A stretch of DNA of 64,000 nucleotides. Origin: Octopus vulgaris. Taxonomy: Eukaryota. The DNA is taken from contig OX597816.1 of the NCBI GenBank assembly GCA_951406725.2, forward strand, positions 41,664,001 through 41,728,000. The letters are read 5' to 3'. The notes below the pieces were generated by a model. It saw only the letters and a list, made by a program, of their open reading frames with translations, was not told where the DNA came from and did no database searches. Positions 26,269-40,095 of this stretch are shown here, in pieces; the stretch's first letter is position 1; the number at the start of each line of letters is the position of its first letter. The translations under genes were made by a program, and so were the position numbers.

Positions 26269-26305
26269 CAGTACCGGTCTCGGTCATTTGAGACCTTTTC
26301 AACTG
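26269..26305 (-). ncRNA. Minimal hammerhead-like motif, U3-A8 variant, one core mutation
   Basis: Minus strand: cag-TTGAAAA-ggtc tcaaat gacc-GAGA-ccgg-TA-ctg. All three stems present, palindromic CCGG at stem III. Confidence 0.6.
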
Positions 26306-28024
26306 TAACAATTAAATAATTAAATTTAGATAAATTAAAAGAAAAGTTTTTTTAAAAGAATATTTGTATAGTGTTCAAATATAAGTGGCATTTTCCTTGT
26401 TTCTGCCTTTCTCTGTCTCTCGTGTTTACTCTTGTGGGTTCAAGGTATATATATATATATCAATACAAAGATATACCTGCAAAGCATAATTTGAATTTTG
26501 ATGAATACGTTACCCGTGCTGCTTACAAAAATTGTCATTGAATACGCTAGGTGTTACTGTTTTACTTGTCTGTCAATTGGAAAGTTATGCTCTCAAAAAA
26601 TTTTGCGTTGTTCTTGAATTAGTTTGAAAATAAAACCAGTTTGTGTTTTTGACATAATTTCATGCATATATGCGTGTGTGTTTGTTTGGTATATATATAT
26701 GTATATATAGATATGGGAATATCTATATGTATATATGTGTGCGCCTGTGTGTGCGTGTGCGACGGGCGTGTGCGCGTGTGTTATAAGTATATATTTGAGT
26801 AGCAAACACCGAAGAGTATATAATTTGTATCGATCATATTATCTTCTCTGATAACCGTCTTAGACATGTCTCCTGTTAATGCTACACCAATGTTCACACA
26901 TAAGCATAATTCTACTTCAGTACTGCATTGAATATTGCAATTTACCTTCACCTTGGAAAAGCGGAGCCGTGTTAAAGGTATTCATTGATGAAATGAAATG
27001 AAAAGAATGTTTCCATTGTATGTGAGGAGATCCAAATTTACAACAGTTTTACTAAAATTCTCCATTATTTTGTACATTATTACATTCGCCTTGACTTATT
27101 ATCTTGAAAGACACGGAGAACAAGTAGTATAACGGTATTCCTTTAATATATGTCTTGTCGTTCTTACTCTATTCTTCCAGCTAAGGTTATGCGACACTGA
27201 AGCGACTTTCCGTGATGCAAACAATAAAATAAAAACAAAATTCCAGCAACTGGCTAACGTTTCCTTAATATCTGAATTTCCAAGAATTGAAATTCCAAAC
27301 AATGATAATAACTGTTTCAAGACTACAATGTATTATATAAGGCAGATTCATAACAGCCATTGATATAACTTTGTGTTTGGAGCGTATTATCTGTTTTATA
27401 TAAATAACAGCAGCCCCACCAACAGCAACCTATTTATAAATTCCAATTTAATTTCCTAGAGATCAGCATTCTCTTTGATCTTTCTTTTTAAAGAAGTTTT
27501 AATTATGATGTTGCAGTTCCTGTTGTGGCGGTTATTGTTGTTATTGCTACAGCTTTTGTTAGCTTGTCTTAATAGTATTTTACATGTTTATGATGTCGAT
27601 ATTTTTTTCCCTTTCTCTTTTTTCATAGTCTTCAATTCTGTTGTTTAATGGAAACACTCAATATTTGACGCTGTTTACAGTTTTTAGAGTGTTTCTCGTT
27701 ACGGAACCACGTTTAAAGTATGCAGTAAAATACGTATTGGAGCTGTGTTATAAATACGTTAGTATTCAGATGTCTTTTCTAAATCATATTTTTCTGATTT
27801 TCATAAGTAACTCTGTACATTAGATATAATATACAGACGATAATAAGTAAGCAATAAATAAATAAAAATATGCAAATGCATGCGGTTTTTCCTTATAAGG
27901 ACTTAACTTGAAATTCAAAATTCTAATACCACTAAATATTATGAAGAAAGGTTTATCTCCCTTGTAATACCTGCAAGCAATATTGAGCCTTACATTTATA
28001 TATGTATGTATGCATTTACATATA

Positions 28025-28105
<81 letters not shown>

Positions 28106-28741
28106 AACTGATTGTGTGTAGGTTTCTAAGTGTGTTAGTAGGTGTGTACGACTGTCTGTCTATCTACTTCTCACTAACTGTTATCTGTCTCTTTGTCTGT
28201 CTAGGTCTCTCTCTCTTTCTCTCTCTCTATATATGCAGATCTCTCATGCATACCCCATATATGCTATGAAATGAAAGTAATCACACCGGATGAGATGTCT
28301 GAATATGTATCTCTCGCTAGCTGTCTACCTCTCTATCGTTCTGTTTGTCTGTCTGTCTGTCTGTCTCGTCCTCTCTGTCCTTTCATCTTTTCTTAGTGCA
28401 AAATTCAACACTCACCATATATTTAACACATACACTGTCTGTCACTCAATCTTTCTCCCTCTCTCACCATTTATTTCTCTATCCCGTTCTTTCCTCTTCT
28501 CTCCTGTACTCTCTCTCTCTCTATGTATATGTATAGCTATCAAATTGAATGCGTTTAAGTTTGTATACATGTGTAGTTGTGAGGGTGTGTGAGTGTGTGT
28601 ATGTACACTTTTGTAAGGAACTTCATTAGGATGACAGAGTCAACAGGCCCTCACAAATCATCAGTAGTGAACTCAGGACACACACGAGCACAAGATACAT
28701 TGATCAGATAACAAGCGTGCAAGATACTGTGTTGCACTGAT

Positions 28742-29048
28742 TCACCAGAAGACGTTCCATTTCAATTCAAACGACTTCAATTTCTAGTGAATCTTAGTTT
28801 GGCCAAGATGATCAACAGATCATGAGGACAAACATTTTCATTTGCCGATTTACATCTTGAAGATCTTGGTTTCACCCATGGTCAGATTTTCGTTGGTTGT
28901 TCAACAGTAAGCAGTTAGAAAAACCGTTACATATATACACCAAATGGAAAAAGAAAAAATAGTCGTTTATGGAGACATTATGAATTGCCCCAAATAATGC
29001 AGAAATCCGCCATGATCAAGGGGCCAACCCAACAGGGTAATCACTATT
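28742..29048 (+). mobile_element. Helitron remnant: C-terminus of PIF1-like helicase plus decayed 3' end
   Basis: PEDVPFQFKRLQFLVNLSLAKMINRS*GQTF..L.L....FTHGQIFVGCSTV matches the PIF1 QFPV.L.FA.TINKSQGQ and F.HGQLYVA.SRV motifs. Confidence 0.88.
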
Positions 29049-30589
29049 TGACATGGGATAAAGAATTGAATAAACGCATTGTATTGTGAAAATTATCTGG
29101 CAAAGACAAGCTACATATATGTGTATGTGTGTATGTGTGTTCGTGTTTGCGTGCGTGTGTGCGTGCTTGTGTGTGTTTGTGTGTGTGTGTGTTTGTCTAA
29201 TCCTGCTTTAAAAATATGCTTCCAAAATAGAGGAGCTACTTAACCACGTGGATGGTTTTAACATGTACGCATATAGTATCATGCGCAACATCCATATAGT
29301 AATTTTCTTGTAACAAGTGTAAAAGAAGTGGCTTACTCATATCACATGTTTGTGATGCAACATTGGCCCTGTGTTATTTTTTTAACTGCTTTTTAAATAT
29401 TGTACCGAGGCGAAGAGATACAAGGGAAAGAGTATACACAGGGCCCGAAAGTGAAGAAGAGTACGGAGTATTTTCGTTTGTTCATAGTATGTTGCGGGGG
29501 AATTTAAACGTGTCTCAGAGAGAATATGTTCCCTTACATTTATGTCTTTCACCGATAAACAAGAACACGCAAAGCGGGTATCGGGCGCTTGAAAATGCTG
29601 CTGCTGCTACTAATGAGGGTGATGATGATGATGGTGACTTCGACAACGACGGTGATGATATCGGTGCCTATTTCGTTTATAGGCCAGCCGTGTGCGAACG
29701 GCCGTGACGATACAAGTGCAGAGAAATAGCTTTGTTTCAAATACAGGCGAATGATAAAATGACAGATCCTGAAATACAAGTATACATGGAGTACAACACA
29801 CTCTATTGGTATGAAAAAAAGAACATATATGCATGTGTGTGTGCAAAAGTGTGTATGTGTCTGTGTATATGTGTGGGTGTATGTGCATTTGTGTGGTGCA
29901 AATACCCATGATTAAGAGTTCTGCGTGATGTACTACGAAATAGCTCTGGTGATGCTTTTGTCGTGTTTATTGCTACAAAACTGTCTTCACATCTTTTAAG
30001 ATATTGGCTGTGCATACATAGTACAAGGTACATATATCACAGTGGGGAACGAAAACCTACACTCGTTATTACAATGGCGGTTTATATGGCATAAAATTAC
30101 AGAAGCGTATCCTATTTAAATTCATATACATTTCTCTGTCTTATTTTGCCTTTGTCATCGGGAATCTTGCATGTGCTTGCCTAAAGAAAAAGAGAAACAA
30201 ATACAGGTTTTTAAATTATGAAGAATAGCATAAACCTAAATTTAATCAATAGAACTTTTTTCCCAAATACCTTTTCATAACAAACGACTACAGAAGCCAA
30301 CATATACAAGCCCACGCACCCAAAGATGAATTTAACTTAACAGCGACCATATAAAGGCAATACTAAAACTACTGCAACGCAGTCCGACGATAGGTTAGTT
30401 TGTCGAATCTTTGAAGTCACTGTCAACCATATTTTTATATAAATACACATGCATGCATGTTTAAATATATGTATATATATATATATGCACAAATTCAATA
30501 CGTGTGGAAATAAATTTTCGATTGTTCAAACTATTGTATAGTTCTTCAAATGATATAAATGTTTTTATATTATCAAATTTGATACAAAA

Positions 30590-30808
30590 CCTCTTTTAAA
30601 TGGAAGAAACCTGATAGAGCATATTTTCGAAGGGGCTTCGACATTGTTTCAAAGCTGAAAAATATTTATTAAGTTAAAAAGTAATGAAATAATGAGTTCT
30701 GTGCCGAAGATGATGTACTATCGGATGAGACAGCCCGGAATATATGTTAGATCACAACATTTTTTCACCATTTTATTCGATTGATCCTGGCTGAAAGATT
30801 GTAAATAT
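30590..30808 (+). mobile_element. Possible Penelope-like 3' remnant followed by a decayed hammerhead-like motif
   Basis: Fragments KWK..DRA.Y..G / C..AEKYLL / K.NEIMSS resemble a PLE GIY-YIG C-terminus. Then cggatga-ga-cagcc.gga..tcc.ggctg-aaa..gta. Confidence 0.4.
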
Positions 30809-31594
30809 CTTCCGCAACAGGATTCGAATTCGAAACTAATAACAAATACAAGATTCTAACACGAATTAAAAACTAATATTTCACCCGTCCCTCCTACTGA
30901 TTTTGCCACAAAGTAATATTTACAATCGACAGTAATATTTGTATTCTTTGTTGACTCATGATTTGTGTCATATAAACTATCAACACCAATGAAAAAATGA
31001 GGAGAGAAACAAAAAAAAAACATTAAATAAAATAAGAAGTGAAATATTTCTCGTAGTGTCATCTCTTGTTTCCCTCACGTAGATAGTGAACATGGATTCA
31101 AATTCTTAACTGGTATGTGATGTTATTTAATACCTATGACTCAACACTTATGCCAATTCTCAGTAGCAAGTTATCAAATTACAGGCGCCATTTCTTGGCA
31201 TTTTTTTATTATTTATTCCACTCATGATCATCGTCAATCTTTATAATATAATTTAGATTATTTTGATGTTACCAATTTTCAATGAGTCAGCAGGCTTCGG
31301 ATTCCTAATATGCTGTAGATTGTCTCTTCAGGGATTTCTTATTTGTTATTTATTATTGCGGCTTTTCGTATCCATAGTTGCAAAGGAAACGCTAATAATA
31401 ACTTGTAATAAACAATCTCTGGATTGGATTAATTCTGTTTGAAAGATTGAAAGACGACAGAGAATGTTTTAAATTTATATTCTGAAACGGAAAGAAAATT
31501 ACAAAACAGTGATATATTACATCATTATCATAGTATTGGTATGACATTTGCTGCAACGACTTTGCGAATGCTAAAATATGAAAGATATTAAGTG

Positions 31595-32085
31595 GCAGTG
31601 CGGTAAGGCGTTTATGTTTTACTGTCACATGGTTAGGGATTCAGTCCCACAATGTGTCATCGTTGGTAATTACCTCCCACTATAGCCTCTGGCCGATTAA
31701 AGCCTTCTGAGTAGATATGGTAGTTTACACACACACACGTGTGTGTATGTGCGTGTAAACTACCATATCTACTCATAAGGCTTTAATCAACCAGCGTTTG
31801 ATTAAAGCTATTACTCTGCACTTTAATCGGCAAGAGGCTATAGTGGGGGGTATTTACCAACTATGACACATTGTGGGAGTGAGTCATTGTGTTTGTCCTG
31901 CCCCAATTCTTGGCAACAGGTGTGTTTACGTCTCCGTAAACTAGAGGTTCGGTAAAAGAGACCGATAGAAAAAATAAGTACCAGACTTTTAAAAAAATGT
32001 ACTGGGTTTGATTCTTTCGACTAAAGTTCAGCAAGGCACTCATCCAGCATAGCTACCGATTAATGACAGGCACAAGCAAAAACTA
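31595..32085 (+). mobile_element. SINE family B with internal inverted duplication
   Basis: Head (tcagtcccac..ctatagcc..aaagcctt) and tail (gtttacgtctccgtaa..agaccgatagaa) as in 47265-47690, with the head repeated in reverse at about 31745-31885. Confidence 0.82.
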
Positions 32086-35000
32086 AAATAATTAAAAGCT
32101 TGATTATACCTTGAAAATGATGCGTGACAGTCTAACATCTAAAGCGTGACTTAGTGATATACTGACAATTTCTCGTCATAGATCTTTTACTAATATTGCT
32201 ATATCTCTTGAAATTTTCTCGTTCCTGGATGAAGTCTACAGCTAATGTAGTTTCTTTAGGCAAGAAATTTCTTCTTTAATTTATAAGCATTGAACGTTCC
32301 AGCCTTATTACTGTGTTTTTCTTATTCCGAATTATTGTGCGTTGAATGTAGTCAAACATGTAGTCAATTAAATTTATTGTACCCAAATTACTATATTAGT
32401 AACACCTTCAAAGATATTTCTTTACGTAAGCTACTAATACATCTCAGAAAATCACTAACGATTCATATAATTTCTTTAAAAATCTAAAAGTTGGATCTCG
32501 GAATGAACACAAAATGAATGCAGCCACCAAATTACACACGTGCCCTTAGATGTGTATTGAAATGATAGTAATGGACAGCTTGACATGGAAAGGGAGTTAC
32601 TATCGAAGGCCAGTCTGAATAGAGGAGTCACTTCAATATGTACAAAGAAACGCGAAGTGTAAATCTTAATGGTACATCAGGGATATGTTATATGTCAGGG
32701 TTAAGTGAATGTTTCATCTCCTCGGTTTCGAGTTCTTTTATACACATATACACTAGCATATGGATCTGTACAAACGTATATCTATGTATTTTTGCAGGTG
32801 AGCATGCTCTTCTATGTGCATATAAAAGTATACGAATATATTAGGGTCCCTATGTACATATGCATATAGATGCGCACACGTATATAGTTTAAACGTTTGA
32901 AATGTATGATTATACATCCCAGTCGCATTCTGATAGTGCTTCATTTGTTTACCAACAGTACTTCCAGATCGATTTAAGTGCATCCGTTTTCAAACTTCAT
33001 TTATATGGAACTTAATAGAAGACAACTAACTATTTCAGGGCTATATGGTAAGATAGAGGTTTGTGTAACGTACACAGAGATTGTAAAGTAAATGTTTTAT
33101 ATAAGAAAGGTGGTAAATGAAAGCTTTGCTATTTCTTATGAGTTTAACATTCATTTTCAATGGTAAATATTATACTCGTATACACAATAGCCTCGGAGTT
33201 TTTAACATTAGAAGTGATACATTATTGTTGCAATCGAAAAACAAATTACTTCCCTTGACTATGGACGTTCAAAGAAACTTATTTCTGCCACGCTTACTGC
33301 TACAAATCGGAATTAACTTGGAATCTTTCTATTATAGTACTGAAATCGAAATATGTTTGGCACACCTTCTAGGAAAACTTGGCATAGCATCAGTGCAACA
33401 TTGTTAATTTCCTTTTTGTAAAATTGTGCGTGTTGCCTACAAATATCACAGTTATCCGGTTCTCGTTTTACACCGACACACACACACACACATGCACACA
33501 CATACACACACTCATATAAATACATACAAAAATAAGCGCCAGTCACAAATGCATACGCTATTTCAGCTGTGCCTGTGTGTATTTGATATGTGTGAGTATA
33601 TTTGAACTATTGTACGTATCTGTGCATTACACTGACATACAGACACATCAACACTCACAGATACATTTTACGCAGACTCACGTACAAACTCATGCGCATA
33701 CAAAAGCGCACGCGCACACACAAACGCACACACACACACACAAACACTCACACTCTCACATATATATATAAATAAATATATACATTATTTCTGAGGCTAA
33801 AAATGGTAGCAACACCGTCCTAATCAGGACCGTCGCTTTACGTTGGAAAATAGACTTCTCTTTCTCTCTCTCCTCTCTCTCTCTCTCTCTAAAAATATAT
33901 ATATTTATATAAGCAATTCTGCTGATTAAAGAGAAGTATGAAGGCTTGCCTCCATTTCTTTGTTCCTCAGTGCATATTGTTTTCAACATCTCAAAAGATA
34001 ACTATTGTTGAGATAACTAAGTTTTCAATTTAAAAAAAAACAATTGATTTCATCACCTGCACATGCATTTTTGTCTCTCAGGCTTCTTAAATGCAATGCA
34101 TGGTAGCATCTGCATTTTCTATATTTTGCACCATTCATCATATTTAAAGATATATACGTAGTCGCATCGTAGGTGCTGTGTATATCAAATATATTATACA
34201 GATACACCTCGACATAGGTTACCGTCAAAAGACAAATACATTAATTTTACATTGATTCAGTCGTCGATTTGAGATCCTCAGTATCCAATAATGTATATTT
34301 ATATCCGACTAAACGTAGATATTGTGTTAGGCCACAGAATACTGTCTTACCTATTTTGAGAGCACTTCTCATTTCGACAAATTGGGTATAAAGGTACCGT
34401 ATGTATATTGCTGGCAGTCGAAAACCGTTTGCAACAGCAAAAAAAAAAAGCTGCCTGATAACCTAATTTCAATATAACTAAGTTTGCTTTTGTACAGGGG
34501 ACAATATGAGAGGCCTTCTTAAGATAAACAACGCAGTGTCCGGTGGTCTAATACAATGTGCACATTAAGTTGGATATAAAGACTGCCTATTTTATCTTTG
34601 GTTTGAGCAAACGGGCTGAATAAATACCTGGGCAGATAGCAAAATCCATTATGAGAGAGGTATTATTCCTATTTACAGTGGTGAAATACTGGACATTACA
34701 GAGAATGACAGCCCGGCGTATTTTATTGAGTAGATGCGATTCAGTATTCATCACAAGGTATATCTGAACATTCTGTACCTGAATGCATAAGGGCTAAATT
34801 ATTTGGTCATAGGAATTTCAATTCTCTAAGGTAAAATCCAAGCTGACGGATGAGATTATTAATTAGTTGGCAGGCCTCATTCCTATTCAGAACTCTTCAT
34901 TGGAATAGATTATCTAAATGTTATCACTTTACTTCATTACAACGGCTGTTGTATATAGAAGCTTGATTAATTTGTTTCAGCGGTGAAATAGATCCCATCA

Positions 35001-35230
35001 TTTGTTCCAGGTAGCCAGTACTCTTTTCATCTATTCTTTCCTTCTTTTGAAGGATTTGATCTAAGGATTGTCCTTCATTCAACCACTCCGTTAAATATCA
35101 CCACAAATACGCAAGTTAATATCATATGTATCTATTCTAGTTACTACAGTTAGACAAATATAAACCATCTGTGAAGATTCCAACTTAATCTAGTAATGTT
35201 CATATAATATATGAATGCTAGTCAACATTT

Positions 35231-35327
35231 TGTTCACAAGATGTAGTGTATGGATACATATGTTCACAAGATGTAGTGTATGGATACATATGTTCACAAG
35301 ATGTAGTGTATGGATACATATGTTCAC
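35231..35327. repeat. Perfect 30-bp tandem repeat x3.2
   Basis: tgttcacaagatgtagtgtatggatacata three times plus tgttcac. Confidence 0.97.
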
Positions 35328-36157
35328 TTGCAGTGACTACATACTTTTGTAAACTCTCCAGTAAATCTCGTTATATCTATCTCTGAAATGCATATTCCGT
35401 TTAGCGTAATAACTTGCGGTAGTGTACTTCTTATAAACACATAAGCATCCATTGCTTTTCTAAGGTTGTTTTAGAAATCTATGCAGGTGTGCATGTATGC
35501 CACAATTATTTTAATTATGTAACAATCTTCTGTTGTGTTAGCGACTTTGTTACTTTCAAACACACCCCTAGCATTCGAATTTTTATAAGACCGACTGTAA
35601 TGAGTCAACTATAAGTGGTTGAAAAGCTTTACATATAAGAGTTGTCCACATAAGTATTGGATAAATATGCTTTAGTCTCCAGCCTTTAACAAACTTCAGA
35701 GAGTTAAGGGCTTACATATAAACATACCTATCTGAGATGTCTTTAATGTTTCAATATTTCACTTTTTCCTGTTTTCAATCGTATACAGTAGGTATATCAT
35801 GATATTGGATTGCAAATAGGTACAACAGCTAAGTTTATTGATATATAACAGAAATATGCCTAGTATAATTAGCACTTTGTGTTCGATTCGAGCCCGATTT
35901 CGTGTGCCTAGAAGTATAGTAATTTAGTAGAATACCGACAGAACTTTCTTCAAGTCATTCTTCAGGTGTGTTAATTAGTATGCAATAGATTCCTACACCG
36001 CATTGAGTGCTTATTTAAAATTCATTTATGAGAAGAAAATATAGTGTCACGACGTTACATGAGCGAGAGTGAGTAAGATTGGCGATATCGACTGAATGTT
36101 TGCAACTGGGCGGTTTGAGTCTATAAAACTGAAACAAGCATGTTTTTTCAATTTGCA

Positions 36158-36194
<37 letters not shown>

Positions 36195-37079
36195 ATTTAT
36201 CTATCTATCTTATCAATCTTATCTATCTATCTATCTATCTATCTATATTTCTTATCTATCTATATATTCACACGGCAAAAAATACATGCACACACAAATA
36301 AACAAACACGCACACACACTCATACACATATATGTGGTGGTATTGGTTCCTGCGCGCAGGCGCACGTGTATGTGGGAAGGAGTGTTTTGCAGTAAATATT
36401 TCCTAACAGCACGTCTTTAACTTTAGCGATATCCAACATTAGCAGAACAAGAATTAATATTATTTTCTTTTTTTTTTTATTTTTATCCTCAGGTTTGTTG
36501 AGAGCTATAAGTAATTTTAACATTGATTTCTCTGAGGAATCAGTAATGAAATTAGTTTTGCAATTCATTTTACATGTGTGATTTCCATTTTACATCGAAC
36601 AATAAGAAAGCATCGGAGCAAGTATATACCAAAATTTATGGATTTAACCTTTGGGAGTTTCGAATTTCCAATGCAGTTGAAATATATTACCATAAACTAA
36701 TGTATTGCTTTTGTACATTTAGAAGAGAAAATTAGAAAAATAGCGTAATATATACGAACAATAGCAAATGACAATCATTCATAATAACACAAAATATATT
36801 AGTAAAAAGGTGGATTAAATTTTACAAAGGTTTTAAAATCTAAGTTACTTTAAAATGTCACCTTTTATATTCGGTTCCTAAATTCAGACCAGATTAAATG
36901 TATTGGGTACATTTAAAAAAAGAATTACCATAATTTAACGTGATCACGATCAATTAAGTAATTTCTTAAACAGAACAAATACTGCATTAAGAAGTCAAAA
37001 ACAATCTTAAAGATGAAGTGACTAGGCGTTTTCACTTTGGGAAATAAGTCGAAAGCTATTTATTAGTAACTAATACCGG

Positions 37080-38260
37080 TTTTAAAATTTGGCTCAAAGA
37101 AAACAATTTTGGGGAAGTATGAATGTAGAGAAAATTGAAGCTAAAGACTAATCTGTTACGTATTTTATCGACTACCGAAATGAGGAACGGCAAAATCAGA
37201 CTCGGCCAAAATTGAACTCAGCACGTAAAGAAGGACGGAATGCCATTAAATATTTTGTCGGCGGTCTAACGATTCTGCCAATAAAAGTATAATATTGGTT
37301 CAAATTTTCCTACAAGGGAAGCAACAACGGGGAATAGAAATAAGTTTGCTCCTTCTCAAGCCATGCCTGGCTCATAAGGGCCAGTTATCGGTTTCCTTGA
37401 TGTATAGGTTCCCCATCTGGACGGGACGCCGGTCCGTCGCAGATGAGCTGCAAGATGCAGAAGGAAAGAGTGAGAGAAAGTTGTGGCGAAAGAGTCAGCA
37501 GAATTTCGCCATTATCTTTTGTCGGAGCCGCGTGGAGCTTAGGTGTTTCGCTCATAAACACGCACATCCCGGTCTGAGATTGAAATCCGCGATCCGTCGA
37601 CAGTGAGTTCGCTGCTCTAACCACTAGGCCATGCGCCTCCACAATATGATTAATTGGATTACATCGACCTCGTTTCACCACTGCTACTTAATTCATCGTC
37701 CCCGAAGATGAAAGGTAAAAATCGACCTCGGGTGAAATTCAGTTCAGAAGATAAAGACGGACAAAAGAATGCGAATCATATTAAACGACGTGGTCACGAT
37801 TCTGACAGCTCGTCGCCATATAAATATGTGTATATTTGTTTCAAATTTGGGCACAAGACAAGTAATTCAAGGCTAGGGCTTAAGTTGATTACAGCGACCC
37901 TAGTGTTTCACTGGTAATTATTTCATCGACCGCCGATGGACGAAAAGCTGAGTTGATTTTGGCAGAATTTGAACTCAGAAGTTTAAAGTGGACAAAATAC
38001 CACTAAGTGTTTCGCCAGGAGCGCTAACGATTCTGCCAGCTCGTCGTCTTAAATAAATGTATAATATTCTTTTCTATTCTAGGCACAATGCAAACAATTT
38101 TTGGGGAGGGGGCCAGTCGATTAGATCGACTCCAGTACCCAACTGGTAATTAATTTATAGACCCCGAAAGGATGAAAGGTAAAATCGACCTCGGTGGAAT
38201 TTGAACTCTGAGCGTAAAGACAGGCGAAATACCACTAAAAATTTTGTCCGGCGAGTGTAC
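37080..38260 (-). mobile_element. Head-to-tail cluster of four SINE family A copies (with a family C copy nested)
   Basis: Repeated atcgac..gatgaaagg.aaa.tcgacctcgg..gaatttgaactc units at about 37160-37280, 37660-37820, 37890-38050, 38120-38255. Confidence 0.82.
37344..37640 (-). mobile_element. tRNA-derived SINE (family C, tail type 3)
   Basis: Minus strand ggaggcgcatggcctagtggttagagcagcg..agctccacgcggctccg..cacaactttctctcactctt, then a tail unlike the other two copies. Confidence 0.85.
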
Positions 38261-38443
38261 GAAGATATCCTGAAGGGGACATGGAAAACTCTCCTTTTCC
38301 ATTATTTTATCTTTCTCGAGAATGATTCCCGAAAGAATGGCTATACTCATAATGTTCGACTATCCACTAAGTACGGTAGGTATGCAGAATACTTTTTGTA
38401 GATTTTACTACATATATATATATATTATATGTGTGTGTGTGTA

Positions 38444-38494
<51 letters not shown>

Positions 38495-38920
38495 TAAAAT
38501 AAGGGTGAGAAATTGGATATTAATTTAATTAACTTCAATTTAACACCAGTGTTCTAGCATATTAAAAGCTGAAGTTTCAGTAAATTATATTATATACATA
38601 TGTATATACAACCAGTGTTGACCAAACGCCACTCGACAGTAAATCAAAATTCCATAAATGCTATCCGTAATTATGCATTGACTTGAATGGAGAAATTTGT
38701 CGCTGAAGAAGGACTTCAGGTTGAACAGTTTTCATAATGTTTCACACCTAGATGCTTTTATTCAATTCATTCAGTTGTTAAACATAAATATGTCTTGGAA
38801 TTAAATGTTTCTTGTATACTGTCCGTTGAATTTTGGGCAACCATACACACACACACATACACACACAATTATATACATATATATATATATACACTTATAT
38901 ATATATGTGTGTGTGTGTGT

Positions 38921-39750
38921 ACAGCGTTTACCAGTAGCCACCCTCTTGACCCAAGGCAGTACTACCTCTTCCAAGCACCTAATGTAGGCCGTGCGGAATG
39001 ATGAATGGAGGCATAAGGTTGCCATCACCGGAGGTCACTCCAAACACCATGATGTTGGCTGGATGTTTGATTTTTATCACTCTCGGTACATATTTGGGGG
39101 ACACGGTAAGCCAACGGTTGTCCTGTGTGTTCACCATCTTATCCTGGCAAACATTCTTGTCGTCTGAGAAAACAAAGCATGTTCAGACGAAGAGGCTGCT
39201 TCAGTTTGTTTAAAAGCTTCGTAGCAATTCCTCTTGTCCTTGATGGCTTTGGATAAAAACTGGCCCTTTCTCATCTTGTATGAGAAATGTCTTCATGCAC
39301 TGCCTGCCTTATAAGAAACTCAGACACTTCCTTGTCCCTGAAGATATAACTAATAGACTTGAAGGGTTCGTTGACAATCATAGCCTGGCTCTCACCAACA
39401 AATTCTGGAGTTCTTTTTCTTATCAGAACAATCAGAGTGAGTTTTCCGAGTGGCCGTACTTCCGAGCGGAATCATCATTAGACACATCCAACGCTTTCTG
39501 AATCCTCTACACGGTCCTCATATTGACACTGAAATATTCGTATTGGAGCTTCCGGCGCGAATGTCAAGCAAGTACAGCATGTCATTTCCAAATTTCTGGC
39601 CGAATGAACTGCGTCATAGAGCTATTTATCTCAGACGGTGCTCTACTGACTCTTCTATGCTGCGTAGTCAAAACAAAATCGAAAGCAAACAGTGTGCAAT
39701 GCGCGAAATAAAAAATAAAATGTTGAAAATTTTCCTATCGCATCATGAGT
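38921..39750 (-). mobile_element. Decayed Tc1/mariner-superfamily transposon (DD37D/maT-like)
   Basis: Minus-strand peptides HEDISYKMRKGQFLS, FSDDKNVCQDKMVNTQDNRWL, MVFGVTSGDGNLMPPFI and YIRCLEEVVLPWVKRVA. Subfamily is inference. Confidence 0.8.
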
Positions 39751-39788
39751 ATATATATAAATAAATATACATATGTATATATATATTG

Positions 39789-39832
<44 letters not shown>

Positions 39833-39848
39833 TATATAGATACATGCA

Positions 39849-39895
<47 letters not shown>

Positions 39896-39934
39896 ATATA
39901 GATACATGCAGACATATATATATATATATATATG

Positions 39935-39971
<37 letters not shown>

Positions 39972-39996
39972 GTATATCTATATCTATCTATCTATC

Positions 39997-40080
<84 letters not shown>

Positions 40081-40095
40081 CATGTATCTATATAT
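39750..40095. repeat. Long compound (TA)n/(TG)n microsatellite
   Basis: Direct reading. Confidence 0.95.

Noticed and set aside
29363-29707. 114-aa ORF with acidic patch
   Set aside because: Non-ATG start; the acidic part is a short (GAT)n microsatellite with no other support.
31270-31335. Minus-strand ctgaaga..attgaaaattggta hammerhead-like layout
   Set aside because: Only a 3-4 bp stem II and no stem I; could be chance.
35231-35327. CRISPR-like array
   Set aside because: Contiguous repeats without spacers, in a eukaryotic context.
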